Translations under genes and position numbers: made by a program | From: Candidatus Omnitrophota bacterium | GTDB taxonomy: Bacteria; Omnitrophota; Omnitrophia; Omnitrophales; JACQLI01 | Length of the DNA: 64,000 nt | Assembly: GCA_016179745.1 (NCBI GenBank) | Contig: JACPCP010000013.1 | Location: 35,344-99,343, forward strand | Direction: 5' to 3' | Shown: piece by piece, positions 8,349 to 15,968 of the stretch | Layout of the letters: each line of letters starts with the position of its first letter | How positions within the stretch are numbered: the first letter of the stretch is position 1 | The notes under the pieces: generated by a model | Seen by the model: only the letters and a program-made list of their open reading frames with translations | Database searches by the model: none | Told to the model about the DNA's origin: nothing

Positions 8349-10125
8349 AGAGGTAGTAGGAAGGGTTGGAATACAAGAGGGGCAGCGGGAGATCCCGCCT
8401 CTCCTTCACCGTCAGATAATAACTTGCTCCGTATTCAGCCCTCATTTTCTGAAGCCGGCTGAGATCCAATTCAGGATAATTTTTCTTCAGCTCTTCCAAA
8501 ACACTGCTGCCTTTTCCCTGGAACGGCAAGCCATTATTGAGATCCGCCAGCCGGGACAGCCACTCCTGATTCCCCGCATTGGTGGGAATGCCCTTGAAAT
8601 TCACAACTTGGGCCCGCTGAGCAAAGAGCCAAAACCGGTATTCCCACGGAGGAGCCGCAAAGACTCTGTCCGGGGGCGTGTGGCCCCGAATCCACTCAGC
8701 GAGTCTTGAAAAATCGTCTTGGCGGGCTTCTGAAAAGTATCTCTTCCACGCCATCACGGTGTCGGCCGCTGAGTTCAGCAAAACCTTCGGCATCCGGTGA
8801 TTCCAAACCTGAAACAAAGCAAACAGGGATACAACAACCGCTGCCATTTTCAGAGGCAGTCTTTGGGACCGGAAGCTCATGTCCAGGAAGCGAACGAGAC
8901 CCAGTGAAAAAAACAAAAGCAAGAAGAGCGGAGCCAGCCGAAATGGGTAAAGGTAAAGGAAAGAGAGGAGGTGGAACTGCCTTGCCAGAACTCCTGCTGC
9001 AAAGATTCCTGTCTCAGCGGCTAAAAATAAGAGAAGAATGAGGGCCTGCCGCCTTTTGAATACCTGCCAAAGAATCAAAACCGTCAAGAGGCCATAAGCC
9101 GACATTTCAAGCAGACGTGCGGACGATAAGAAGCTATAGGGATCCATATGGTGCGGTCCCCGGAAGAAAACATCGATCGCATAACTTTCCTCGCTCATTG
9201 CCCCGCCATGAAATAAATTGAAGCCGGCGGAGACGACTCCGGGCAATCCGCACAAGACGGTCACGCCGCAGAAAATTAAAACTTTCCTCAAGTTGAGGCT
9301 CCGCCCCCATCCGAAAAGACTTGCAAAAAGTCCTAGAGCGCCCCAGCCACCGACCAAAGCGTGAAAACTGATGGCCAGACCGCTGAAAACCGCTGCCCGC
9401 TTCAGGTTTTCTTCCAGGACGTTTTTTAAGGCCCCCAAGAGAAAGACATAAGAAAAACATTTGGCCTCAACGCCCCCGAAGATCCATTCCTCGGCAGCGA
9501 GCGATTGTCCGGCATAAAACCAAAAAGCAAATCCCAGAGCAAAGCCCCACCGCTTTAATTGGAGGGTCCTGGCCAACCGGATCAAGGATCCAATTAAAAG
9601 GGTCCAGGCCAGGAGCCTTCCGATCAAGGCCAATTTCAGATCACTCAAAACCAGAGTCAACGGGCTCGTGACAAGATCGAAAATAAAGTGGCCCAACGGT
9701 TCCTTCTGCCAGGTCCAGTCATTGGCTAGAAACGCCGGGTTCATCAGCCGTTTGGGATTGATTAAATAAACCAGCTCATTCTCCCCGAAGGAGGGTCTGA
9801 AATAGGCGGCAGAGACGATCAGGAAGACAAGGGCACCGGCAATCCTCCAGCACCAGCGCTCGTCCCGGCCTTGTCTGGAACGCAAAAATTTCACCAGGAA
9901 AAAACCGATCAGCGCCGTCCCCGCAAAAGAAAACATCATGGCATCGCCTGTTTCCCGGTAAGCTGTCAGAGGCCAGGTCTTTTGTCCCTCAATCATTGAA
10001 TTCAAAAACCAGATGGATTTCCCCTCATAGACCGCCTGAATCAGGGCAGGGCCATAAAGCCGGTAACCGACAAAGATCACGGCAGCAAAAATCACGAGAA
10101 AAAGGGTTGTTTTTTTCAACGGCAA
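8326..10125 (-). CDS. Large polytopic membrane protein with C-terminal soluble domain, function unknown (possible polymerase or GT-C)
   Basis: 599 aa with about 12 hydrophobic segments, then a ~150-aa hydrophilic C-terminus. No motif I can name. Sits in the operon between WecA-like and GT-C-like genes. Confidence 0.45.
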   Translation of the reverse strand: MPLKKTTLFLVIFAAVIFVGYRLYGPALIQAVYEGKSIWFLNSMIEGQKTWPLTAYRETGDAMMFSFAGTALIGFFLVKFLRSRQGRDERWCWRIAGALVFLIVSAAYFRPSFGENELVYLINPKRLMNPAFLANDWTWQKEPLGHFIFDLVTSPLTLVLSDLKLALIGRLLAWTLLIGSLIRLARTLQLKRWGFALGFAFWFYAGQSLAAEEWIFGGVEAKCFSYVFLLGALKNVLEENLKRAAVFSGLAISFHALVGGWGALGLFASLFGWGRSLNLRKVLIFCGVTVLCGLPGVVSAGFNLFHGGAMSEESYAIDVFFRGPHHMDPYSFLSSARLLEMSAYGLLTVLILWQVFKRRQALILLLFLAAETGIFAAGVLARQFHLLSFLYLYPFRLAPLFLLLFFSLGLVRFLDMSFRSQRLPLKMAAVVVSLFALFQVWNHRMPKVLLNSAADTVMAWKRYFSEARQDDFSRLAEWIRGHTPPDRVFAAPPWEYRFWLFAQRAQVVNFKGIPTNAGNQEWLSRLADLNNGLPFQGKGSSVLEELKKNYPELDLSRLQKMRAEYGASYYLTVKERRDLPLPLLYSNPSYYLYDLGSSP

Positions 10126-10132
10126 GAACCCT

Positions 10133-11197
10133 TCATGGTTTCGGGCGGCGGGTGCGTTTCTTTCCCGTGGGGCGTCGATTCAAATTCAGGAGCAGAGCTC
10201 TCCGCTTGCGGAAAAACAGGATGATGCCGCAGGTGGCAACGGCATAAAATAAAAGCCCAAGAATTCCATAACGGGTGTCTTCGGGCAGGATCAGAAGGGC
10301 AACCACGCAAAAAAAGGCCTGAATCCCCCACAGGAAAAAAACAGCGGCCCTCTCCCCCAGACCCAAACGCATGAGCCGGTGGGAGAGGTGGTCTTTGCCC
10401 GTGTAGTCGATCCATTCCTTAAGGTTTTTCACCTTGTCCTCCTTGGCTCGAAGGACCGTGATCAAGATCATATCCAGGATCGGAACGCCCAAAATCAGAG
10501 TGGGCACCGCCAGCGTGACCGGCAGCTCACGGGACCATTCGCACATCACGGCAAGGCTGGCGAGCGTGAACCCGAGGAAGGTGCTCCCCGCATCCCCCAT
10601 AAAAACATGTTTGCGCTTCAGATTGAAAACCAGAAAACCGGCGGTGGCCCCGACCAGGGCCATCGAGAGATAGCACAGCCAGAATTGTCTCGTGGAGTAA
10701 GCCACCATAAAAATAGCCGCACTCGAAATCATCACCAGCCCGGCTGCCAGACCGTCCATATTGTCCAAAAAGTTAATGGCGTTGGTGAGGCCAATGATTC
10801 CAAGCGCCGTAAAGAGGGCATTGACGGCGAGTCCCGGAAAAACGTCCAGGACCACGCCGTATCCGAACATCATGATTCCGCACACCAGGAATTGTCCGGC
10901 GAGTTTGATGCCGGCCCTCAGATGAATGAGATCATCCAGGAGACCGATCAGAAACATCAGACTGGAACCCAAAAGAACACCCTTCAGCATGGGGCTCAGA
11001 TCCAATCGATAGAGGGAGCCGATCACGAAAGCCACATAAAGAGACACGCCGCCCAGGCGGGGAACGGGGTGCGAGTGGATCCCGTGCTGTTTGGGATAGT
11101 CAAGGATGCCGAGTTTGAAGGCAACCCCCCTCAAAAGCGGGGTCAGGGCAGCCGAGACCATAAACGCCAGGGCCAGGATCTGCCAGTATTTATACAT
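10133..11197 (-). CDS. Polyprenyl-phosphate N-acetylhexosamine-1-phosphate transferase (WecA/MraY family), initiating transferase
   Basis: Family signatures LIGLLDDLIHL, TNAINFLDNMDGLAAG, VFMGDAGSTFLGF. About 10 TM segments. TAATG junction with the upstream gene at 11195..11199. Confidence 0.9.
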   Translation of the reverse strand: MYKYWQILALAFMVSAALTPLLRGVAFKLGILDYPKQHGIHSHPVPRLGGVSLYVAFVIGSLYRLDLSPMLKGVLLGSSLMFLIGLLDDLIHLRAGIKLAGQFLVCGIMMFGYGVVLDVFPGLAVNALFTALGIIGLTNAINFLDNMDGLAAGLVMISSAAIFMVAYSTRQFWLCYLSMALVGATAGFLVFNLKRKHVFMGDAGSTFLGFTLASLAVMCEWSRELPVTLAVPTLILGVPILDMILITVLRAKEDKVKNLKEWIDYTGKDHLSHRLMRLGLGERAAVFFLWGIQAFFCVVALLILPEDTRYGILGLLFYAVATCGIILFFRKRRALLLNLNRRPTGKKRTRRPKP

Positions 11198-12312
11198 TAA
11201 AGACCGTAATCTCCCTGGTGCCCGACGAAATAAGAATTCGTTCCGGTGATGCGGCCTCTGAGTTCGGGAGGAACTTTGAAATAGCGGCCGCTCTGACGGG
11301 CTCCAACGCTCCAGAGGCCTGATTGTTTGAAAAGTTGCCCCAATTCATTCGTGAAGTGAGAAAAGCTTATGAGATCGTAGAAATTTTTTCTGGCAAATTC
11401 CCGCACGGCGTAAACCACAGACCTCGCTCCTCCCGTCTCACGGGGGTCCAGCCAAAGATCCACACACTCCAATTCCCTGCATTCCCCGTTTTCTTTTCCC
11501 CGGCAGACCGCATATCCGGAAAGCCGGCCTGCCTTGTAACAGGCAAAGAGCTCTTTTGGATAAGCGGTGTTCCCAAAACAATACCAGTTGATCACCTCGG
11601 CTGTCCTCAAATTTGTATTCCGATAAAGATGCCGGGTGTTCTTCCACAGCTCGTCAAACGACCGATCCGCCTGCCCAAGCCGCCGGACTTCATGGGGGCC
11701 GGGCACCCCCAAACCTCTCGTGCGATAAGATTGTGTCGTCCGGAGAAAAACCTCCAGCAGGGGGCCGATGAACCCTCCTCCGAAGTGATGGCCAACCTTC
11801 CGTGCCAGAAGCTTGCGGGCGTTGATCAAAATGAGGCTTTTACCGTTGCCGGACCCCGGAATACTCTCGAAACCGGCCACTTTAAGAACCTCTGCAATTT
11901 TTGCATCCGGCGTCGTATCGAATAAAAGTGATCGGCCAGCGGCCCTCAACAATTCAAATAATAATTTCATGCTGTGCTTCCGATAAACAGGCAAGACACG
12001 CCATGTCGTGACACTAAAGACGGTAGTCTCAATGCCGGCCACTTGGAAAAAACTGGGGATCATCCCGATGAAGCCGACAATGTTCCGTTCCTCCTGAAGA
12101 GTCCATCCCCGTTGTGATTGATTCTGAAATGCCGGATTTCGGTCCCACCAGTGATGGAGCCGGGACCGCCAGAAAATTTCTCCCCGGGGTTGTTCATCCG
12201 ACTCGGACAGGAAGGCCGACAAACGAGGGTAGTCTTCCGGAATTACCGGAAATACCTGAACCGTCGCCATTGTTTGATCCTCGAAAGAAGGGTCAGAACC
12301 CCGGAAATGCAC
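11197..12312 (-). CDS. Tandem GNAT-like acyltransferase (tentative)
   Basis: Two halves each resemble the GNAT beta4-alpha3 region (IVGFIGMIPSF..WRVLPVYRKHSMKLLFELL and LSGYAVCRG..VDLWLDP..GARSVVYAVREFARK). Start probably ATG 12270 (MATVQVF). Function is a low-confidence guess. Confidence 0.4.
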   Translation of the reverse strand: MHFRGSDPSFEDQTMATVQVFPVIPEDYPRLSAFLSESDEQPRGEIFWRSRLHHWWDRNPAFQNQSQRGWTLQEERNIVGFIGMIPSFFQVAGIETTVFSVTTWRVLPVYRKHSMKLLFELLRAAGRSLLFDTTPDAKIAEVLKVAGFESIPGSGNGKSLILINARKLLARKVGHHFGGGFIGPLLEVFLRTTQSYRTRGLGVPGPHEVRRLGQADRSFDELWKNTRHLYRNTNLRTAEVINWYCFGNTAYPKELFACYKAGRLSGYAVCRGKENGECRELECVDLWLDPRETGGARSVVYAVREFARKNFYDLISFSHFTNELGQLFKQSGLWSVGARQSGRYFKVPPELRGRITGTNSYFVGHQGDYGL

Positions 12313-13298
12313 ATGACAAACTCGATAAAATTTTCATAGACGCCCAGCCTTTTCAACTCATAGAGGTCGGAATTCACATCGTTCATGCCTTCAACGGTCG
12401 TCAAGGCGCACCCATAGCCCGACTTCTTCAACCCTTCCTTCGTCCGTGCGTCGAAATCTCCTTTCCGGCCGCCAGGGTAGGCAAAGAAGCGGCAGGCCCG
12501 CCCGATTTTTTGCTCGATCACCCGCCTGGAGTCTTCCAATTCTTCCTGCATTGTCTCTGGACTGCATTGCGTAAGAATCGTGTGGGAACGGGTGTGGCTC
12601 CCGATGGAAATCAGCCCGCTCTCAACCATTTCCGCAATCTGGCTCCACTCCAAGGGCCGGTAAACCTCCGGCGCTGTCCCATGACCCGGCAGCTTCTCTC
12701 CCAGCGTCTGCTCAATCTCTCCGATCAACTCCTCCCTCGCCTCTCGAGGGAGTTTCTTCAGTTGCGAACGGAGTTCCCGGTCACTTCGCTTTTTTGAATC
12801 GAGGTCCTGCAATTCAAATGATAAAGTCCGGCCCCCGATTCTGACTTGAAGCCTCTCCAGAGAAGTTTGATTGATTGCGTATTCGAGCCGATCCACCCAC
12901 TGCCATTCCTTGCGGTCAACAAAGTCGGTGGTAAGGAAGATCGTCGCCGGAAGGTTGAATTCTTTAAGAACCGGATAAGCCAATGTGTAATTCGATTGAT
13001 AGCCGTCGTCCAGGCTTAGAACGACGGAGTTCGCCGGAAGCCGGCGGCCGGATGTCACGCAGTCAAGAAACTCATCCAGGAAGAGGACGTGGTAATACTT
13101 CCTGAAATAAGCCAGGTGCCGTCTAAAGGCCGCAAGGTCCAGACTCTTTCCCTGGTAATTTTCAATCCCGGGGCCCCGCCCCGCCCCGTCACGGACAAAG
13201 CCGTGATAGCAAACGATCAGTGTCTTTTTTCTCGTTAGAAAGCGGGCGATGCGGTGCGTCTGGAATAAATAAAGGAGTCTCAATACCCAGTGTCTCAT
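12243..13298 (-). CDS. Polysaccharide deacetylase (NodB homology domain)
   Basis: SLDDGYQSNYTLAYPVLKEFNLPATIFLTT (motif 1), IGSHTRSHTIL (motif 2), FFAYPGG. Confidence 0.85.
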   Translation of the reverse strand: MRHWVLRLLYLFQTHRIARFLTRKKTLIVCYHGFVRDGAGRGPGIENYQGKSLDLAAFRRHLAYFRKYYHVLFLDEFLDCVTSGRRLPANSVVLSLDDGYQSNYTLAYPVLKEFNLPATIFLTTDFVDRKEWQWVDRLEYAINQTSLERLQVRIGGRTLSFELQDLDSKKRSDRELRSQLKKLPREAREELIGEIEQTLGEKLPGHGTAPEVYRPLEWSQIAEMVESGLISIGSHTRSHTILTQCSPETMQEELEDSRRVIEQKIGRACRFFAYPGGRKGDFDARTKEGLKKSGYGCALTTVEGMNDVNSDLYELKRLGVYENFIEFVMCISGVLTLLSRIKQWRRFRYFR

Positions 13299-13307
13299 GA
13301 AATTTCT

Positions 13308-14387
13308 TCAAGTCGTGGACACAGGTTGGCGAGTGCCCGACGGAGCCGTTAAGGTGCGGACTGCCTCACAAACCTGAGTCAAGCTTGAGTCCTCAAGGGA
13401 GGGAAAAATCGGGAGGGAGCAGGTTTCTCTCATGGCCTGGGCGGTCGCCCGGAACTCTCTATCCGGCAGTTGGAGATACTGATGAAGGGGTTTAAAAATC
13501 GGCTTTTTGGCCTCAATCCCTCCCTCATTCAGTTTTTGGAGGCCTCGAGAGGACCCGTGCCGCATCCGGATCACATATCGAAAATACACATGATCACGAT
13601 CCTCATCCTCCCGAGGAAGTGTCAGCCCCAGGTCTCGTAACGACTCCCGGTAGTTTTGGGCAAGTTGGCGGCGGGCCCGGATAAAAGACGGCAGCTTCTG
13701 AAGCTGGACTATTCCCATAGCGGCCGCCAGATCGGTCATCTTTGAATTTGTCCTCAGCCGGTGATCCCTTTTCTTGTCGTAATCCCGCAGATCTCTCAAG
13801 CGTTCCGCCAGACGCCCTGAATCCGTCAAGATGACGCCGCCCTCGCCCGTCGTAATCATCTTCGTGGCATAAAAGGAGAAAACGCTGAGTTGGCCCAGAC
13901 TCCCCACCGGCTTGCCGCCGACTTCCGCTCCCAATGCCTGAGTCCCGTCCTCAATCACCGGCACGCCGAGCGCTAAAAGCTCCTGCATCCGGGAAGACCT
14001 CCCAAACGCATGGGGAACAAGGATGGCTTTTGTTTTCCGCCGAATTCTTTTTCGTGCACCGTCCACAGAAATATTGAAGTCTTCCGGATCCATATCCGTC
14101 AGGAGGGGGCGGGCCCGGACCGCCTCGACGGCATGAAGAAGGGCCGCACAGGTAAAACTCGGAAGAATGACCTCATCACCCGTTCCAATTCCCAGGGCAT
14201 GCAGTGAAAGACAAAGCGCTGCGGTGCCTGAACTCACAGCCACGCCATGCCGGCGTCCCGTGAACTCACACAGTTTTTTTTCAAACTCCTCGACTTTTCT
14301 CCCCTGAGCAATCTGTCCCGAATCAAGAACCGCTGCGACAGCCTGTTTTTCCTCAGGACCCAGCGTGGGTTTGGAGTGAGGGATCAC
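13308..14387 (-). CDS. DegT/DnrJ/EryC1/StrS-family PLP sugar aminotransferase
   Basis: IPHSKPTLGPEEKQAV N-terminus. PLP lysine context FSFYATKMITTGEGG. Start moved to GTG 14387..14385, which overlaps the upstream stop TGA 14386..14384 (GTGA). The track start at 14528 is an upstream extension. Confidence 0.9.
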   Translation of the reverse strand: MIPHSKPTLGPEEKQAVAAVLDSGQIAQGRKVEEFEKKLCEFTGRRHGVAVSSGTAALCLSLHALGIGTGDEVILPSFTCAALLHAVEAVRARPLLTDMDPEDFNISVDGARKRIRRKTKAILVPHAFGRSSRMQELLALGVPVIEDGTQALGAEVGGKPVGSLGQLSVFSFYATKMITTGEGGVILTDSGRLAERLRDLRDYDKKRDHRLRTNSKMTDLAAAMGIVQLQKLPSFIRARRQLAQNYRESLRDLGLTLPREDEDRDHVYFRYVIRMRHGSSRGLQKLNEGGIEAKKPIFKPLHQYLQLPDREFRATAQAMRETCSLPIFPSLEDSSLTQVCEAVRTLTAPSGTRQPVSTT

Positions 14388-15100
14388 AAAGCACTCTTGC
14401 CGGCCCGGGAGGGGGAATTCTGGAGGAGGGCTTCGAGGCTCTTTGGGCCGCAATTGAAAAGGAGATCGATGATCGAAAGCTCGGACACAAATCCGGTTTC
14501 CGGATAAAGCTGGGGATAACGGGGACACTCATAGTCCTGTGAGAGGAGCTCGATCCCCTCCCGTTCGAAGAGGCCAGGATCCAAATACGTCTGGGCCGCA
14601 TAAGTTCCGGTGAGGTAACTTCGGGCCCCCAACTCTTTGCAAAGATTCACCAGCCGCTGGTTCCCTTCTCCTTTCACAGAGAGTTCGGACGAGCGCAAAA
14701 CCCGGGTCCGAACCCCCAACGCCTTTAGAAGATAAAGGAGGATTTCGTAATTCAGTTCGTTTAGAACGTCCCACGACTTCCCGTAGACCTCTCTGAAGAA
14801 AGGTTCGTAGTCCTTAAAGTGAGCGGCTTTTTGATAGTTCGATAAAAGGGCGCCCAGGTGCTTTCTCCTCCACGGCTGTTTGTTGTCAATCCGGACCTCG
14901 GAGAGAGCTTGTTGAAACTTCTGCAGGATGGGAACGGTGAGGATCACTTCACCCGCCGGACCCTTGATCTTATTGCGATTCTGCCAGCCGTTTTTATTGA
15001 ACTGGATGTCGTCGAGGACCACAAAGGTGTCAACAGAGGCGATCTTATGAAAGTAACGAAGCCAGGGAAGGTAGTGAAGCTGGTGGGCGGCGAGGATCAT
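14384..15100 (-). CDS. WbqC-like family protein (uncharacterised LPS-cluster family)
   Basis: MILAAHQLHYLPWLRYFHKIASVDTFVVLDDIQFNKNGWQNRNKI matches the WbqC-type N-terminal pattern. Start ATG 15100..15098 overlaps the upstream stop TGA 15099..15097. Confidence 0.75.
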   Translation of the reverse strand: MILAAHQLHYLPWLRYFHKIASVDTFVVLDDIQFNKNGWQNRNKIKGPAGEVILTVPILQKFQQALSEVRIDNKQPWRRKHLGALLSNYQKAAHFKDYEPFFREVYGKSWDVLNELNYEILLYLLKALGVRTRVLRSSELSVKGEGNQRLVNLCKELGARSYLTGTYAAQTYLDPGLFEREGIELLSQDYECPRYPQLYPETGFVSELSIIDLLFNCGPKSLEALLQNSPSRAGKSAL

Positions 15101-15816
15101 ACCAGGAGGCGATGGACCATGAAGGCTTCCGCCGCTTCCACTGAAACCTCCCGCCCCCGGACCCGGGCCAGCCATTCAATATTTTCCAAACTGGCGTGGT
15201 GGAGCCGGGACCGGACTTGCGACTTGTAACAGGAAACCGCTTTCAGTTTCGTCTCGAGATGATCGGTGATATCCACATAGAAGTTGGGATGAAACTTTTC
15301 CCGTTCGAGGCTCCAGGAAATCGCCGGATTATCGCAGGAGAGAACGATCTTCTGAAAGGACTTCACCTCCGGCAGGCTCGGCCGGCAGGCCGTGAAGCCG
15401 GCCCGGAAAACTGCCTCATGGTCCTGATTGTAGGAAACGGCGGGAAGAATGACCATCGTGGGTTTGATCCGGTCAATGGACAACCGGGCGTCCTTCTCAA
15501 AAAGACTGATCAGCTCCTTAAGCGGCATCGCATCCAGTTTCAGATGAATCTCTGTGTCGTTATAGATGAGTTCGTAATCGTCCACCTGAAGCGTTTTCAT
15601 CGCCGCCTCAAACTCTTCATGGCGGGTCTGGCCCGTCACAAAGGAGTATTTCTCGATGTTATAATGATGGACATCTCCGGCCGACACGGCGATGACAAAG
15701 ACCTCGGAACCTTCGGCCTTCAGCTTGTCCATCGTGCCCGCACAGCCATAAGCCTCGTCATCGGGGTGGGGCGCTATCACCAGGCAACGTTGTCTTTTCA
15801 AAAGGCTCTCGGCCAT
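15097..15816 (-). CDS. PIG-L/LmbE-family N-acetylglucosaminyl deacetylase
   Basis: VIAPHPDDEAYGCAGT Zn-binding signature. Downstream HHYN/HEA histidines. GGAG 5-6 nt upstream of ATG 15816. Confidence 0.85.
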   Translation of the reverse strand: MAESLLKRQRCLVIAPHPDDEAYGCAGTMDKLKAEGSEVFVIAVSAGDVHHYNIEKYSFVTGQTRHEEFEAAMKTLQVDDYELIYNDTEIHLKLDAMPLKELISLFEKDARLSIDRIKPTMVILPAVSYNQDHEAVFRAGFTACRPSLPEVKSFQKIVLSCDNPAISWSLEREKFHPNFYVDITDHLETKLKAVSCYKSQVRSRLHHASLENIEWLARVRGREVSVEAAEAFMVHRLLV

Positions 15817-15859
15817 TCTTACTCCTTCTGAGGAAAGGGGTTATTGACCCATTGCATAG

Positions 15860-15880
15860 CTTTCGAGCAGGAATCGAAAG
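15860..15880 (-). promoter_or_regulatory. Perfect 7-bp inverted repeat (CTTTCGA-7 nt-TCGAAAG) in the 5' leader of the PIG-L gene
   Basis: Read directly: ctttcga gcaggaa tcgaaag. It lies between the candidate -10 (15886..15891) and the SD/ATG at 15816. Could be an operator or an RNA hairpin. Confidence 0.3.
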
Positions 15881-15885
15881 ACAGG

Positions 15886-15914
15886 ATTTTAACCCAGCCA
15901 TTATCGGCAGGCAA
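15886..15914 (-). promoter_or_regulatory. Candidate sigma70-type internal promoter TTGCCT-17 nt-TAAAAT
   Basis: On the minus strand, TTGCCT is at 15914..15909, followed by a 17-nt spacer and TAAAAT at 15891..15886. This sits in the 152-nt gap, one of the largest same-strand gaps in the window. Confidence 0.35.
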
Positions 15915-15915
15915 T

Positions 15916-15961
15916 GAGAAAAAGACCACCTGAAAGCCGGGCCCGCTGGTTGTGCAGGTCC
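15916..15961 (-). terminator. Possible intrinsic terminator after the formyltransferase-GT4 gene
   Basis: Minus strand GACCTG..(GC-rich loop with GGGCCC)..CAGGTgGTC followed by CTTTTTCTC. The stem is imperfect and the loop long, so confidence is low. Confidence 0.3.
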
Positions 15962-15968
15962 GGATTTC

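Noticed and set aside
10379-11200. Long antisense or alternative-frame ORFs. Examples are 10379..11200 (+, 273 aa), 19538..20386 (+, 282 aa), 12114..12797 (+, 227 aa), 15196..15831 (+, 211 aa), 34621..35280 (+, 219 aa) and 21151..22017 (-, 288 aa, in another frame of the MurJ-like gene).
   Set aside because: Each lies entirely within a much better-supported gene carrying recognisable family motifs. Their translations are Arg/Pro/Gly-rich low-complexity sequence, typical of shadow ORFs in GC-rich DNA, and none has a convincing SD.
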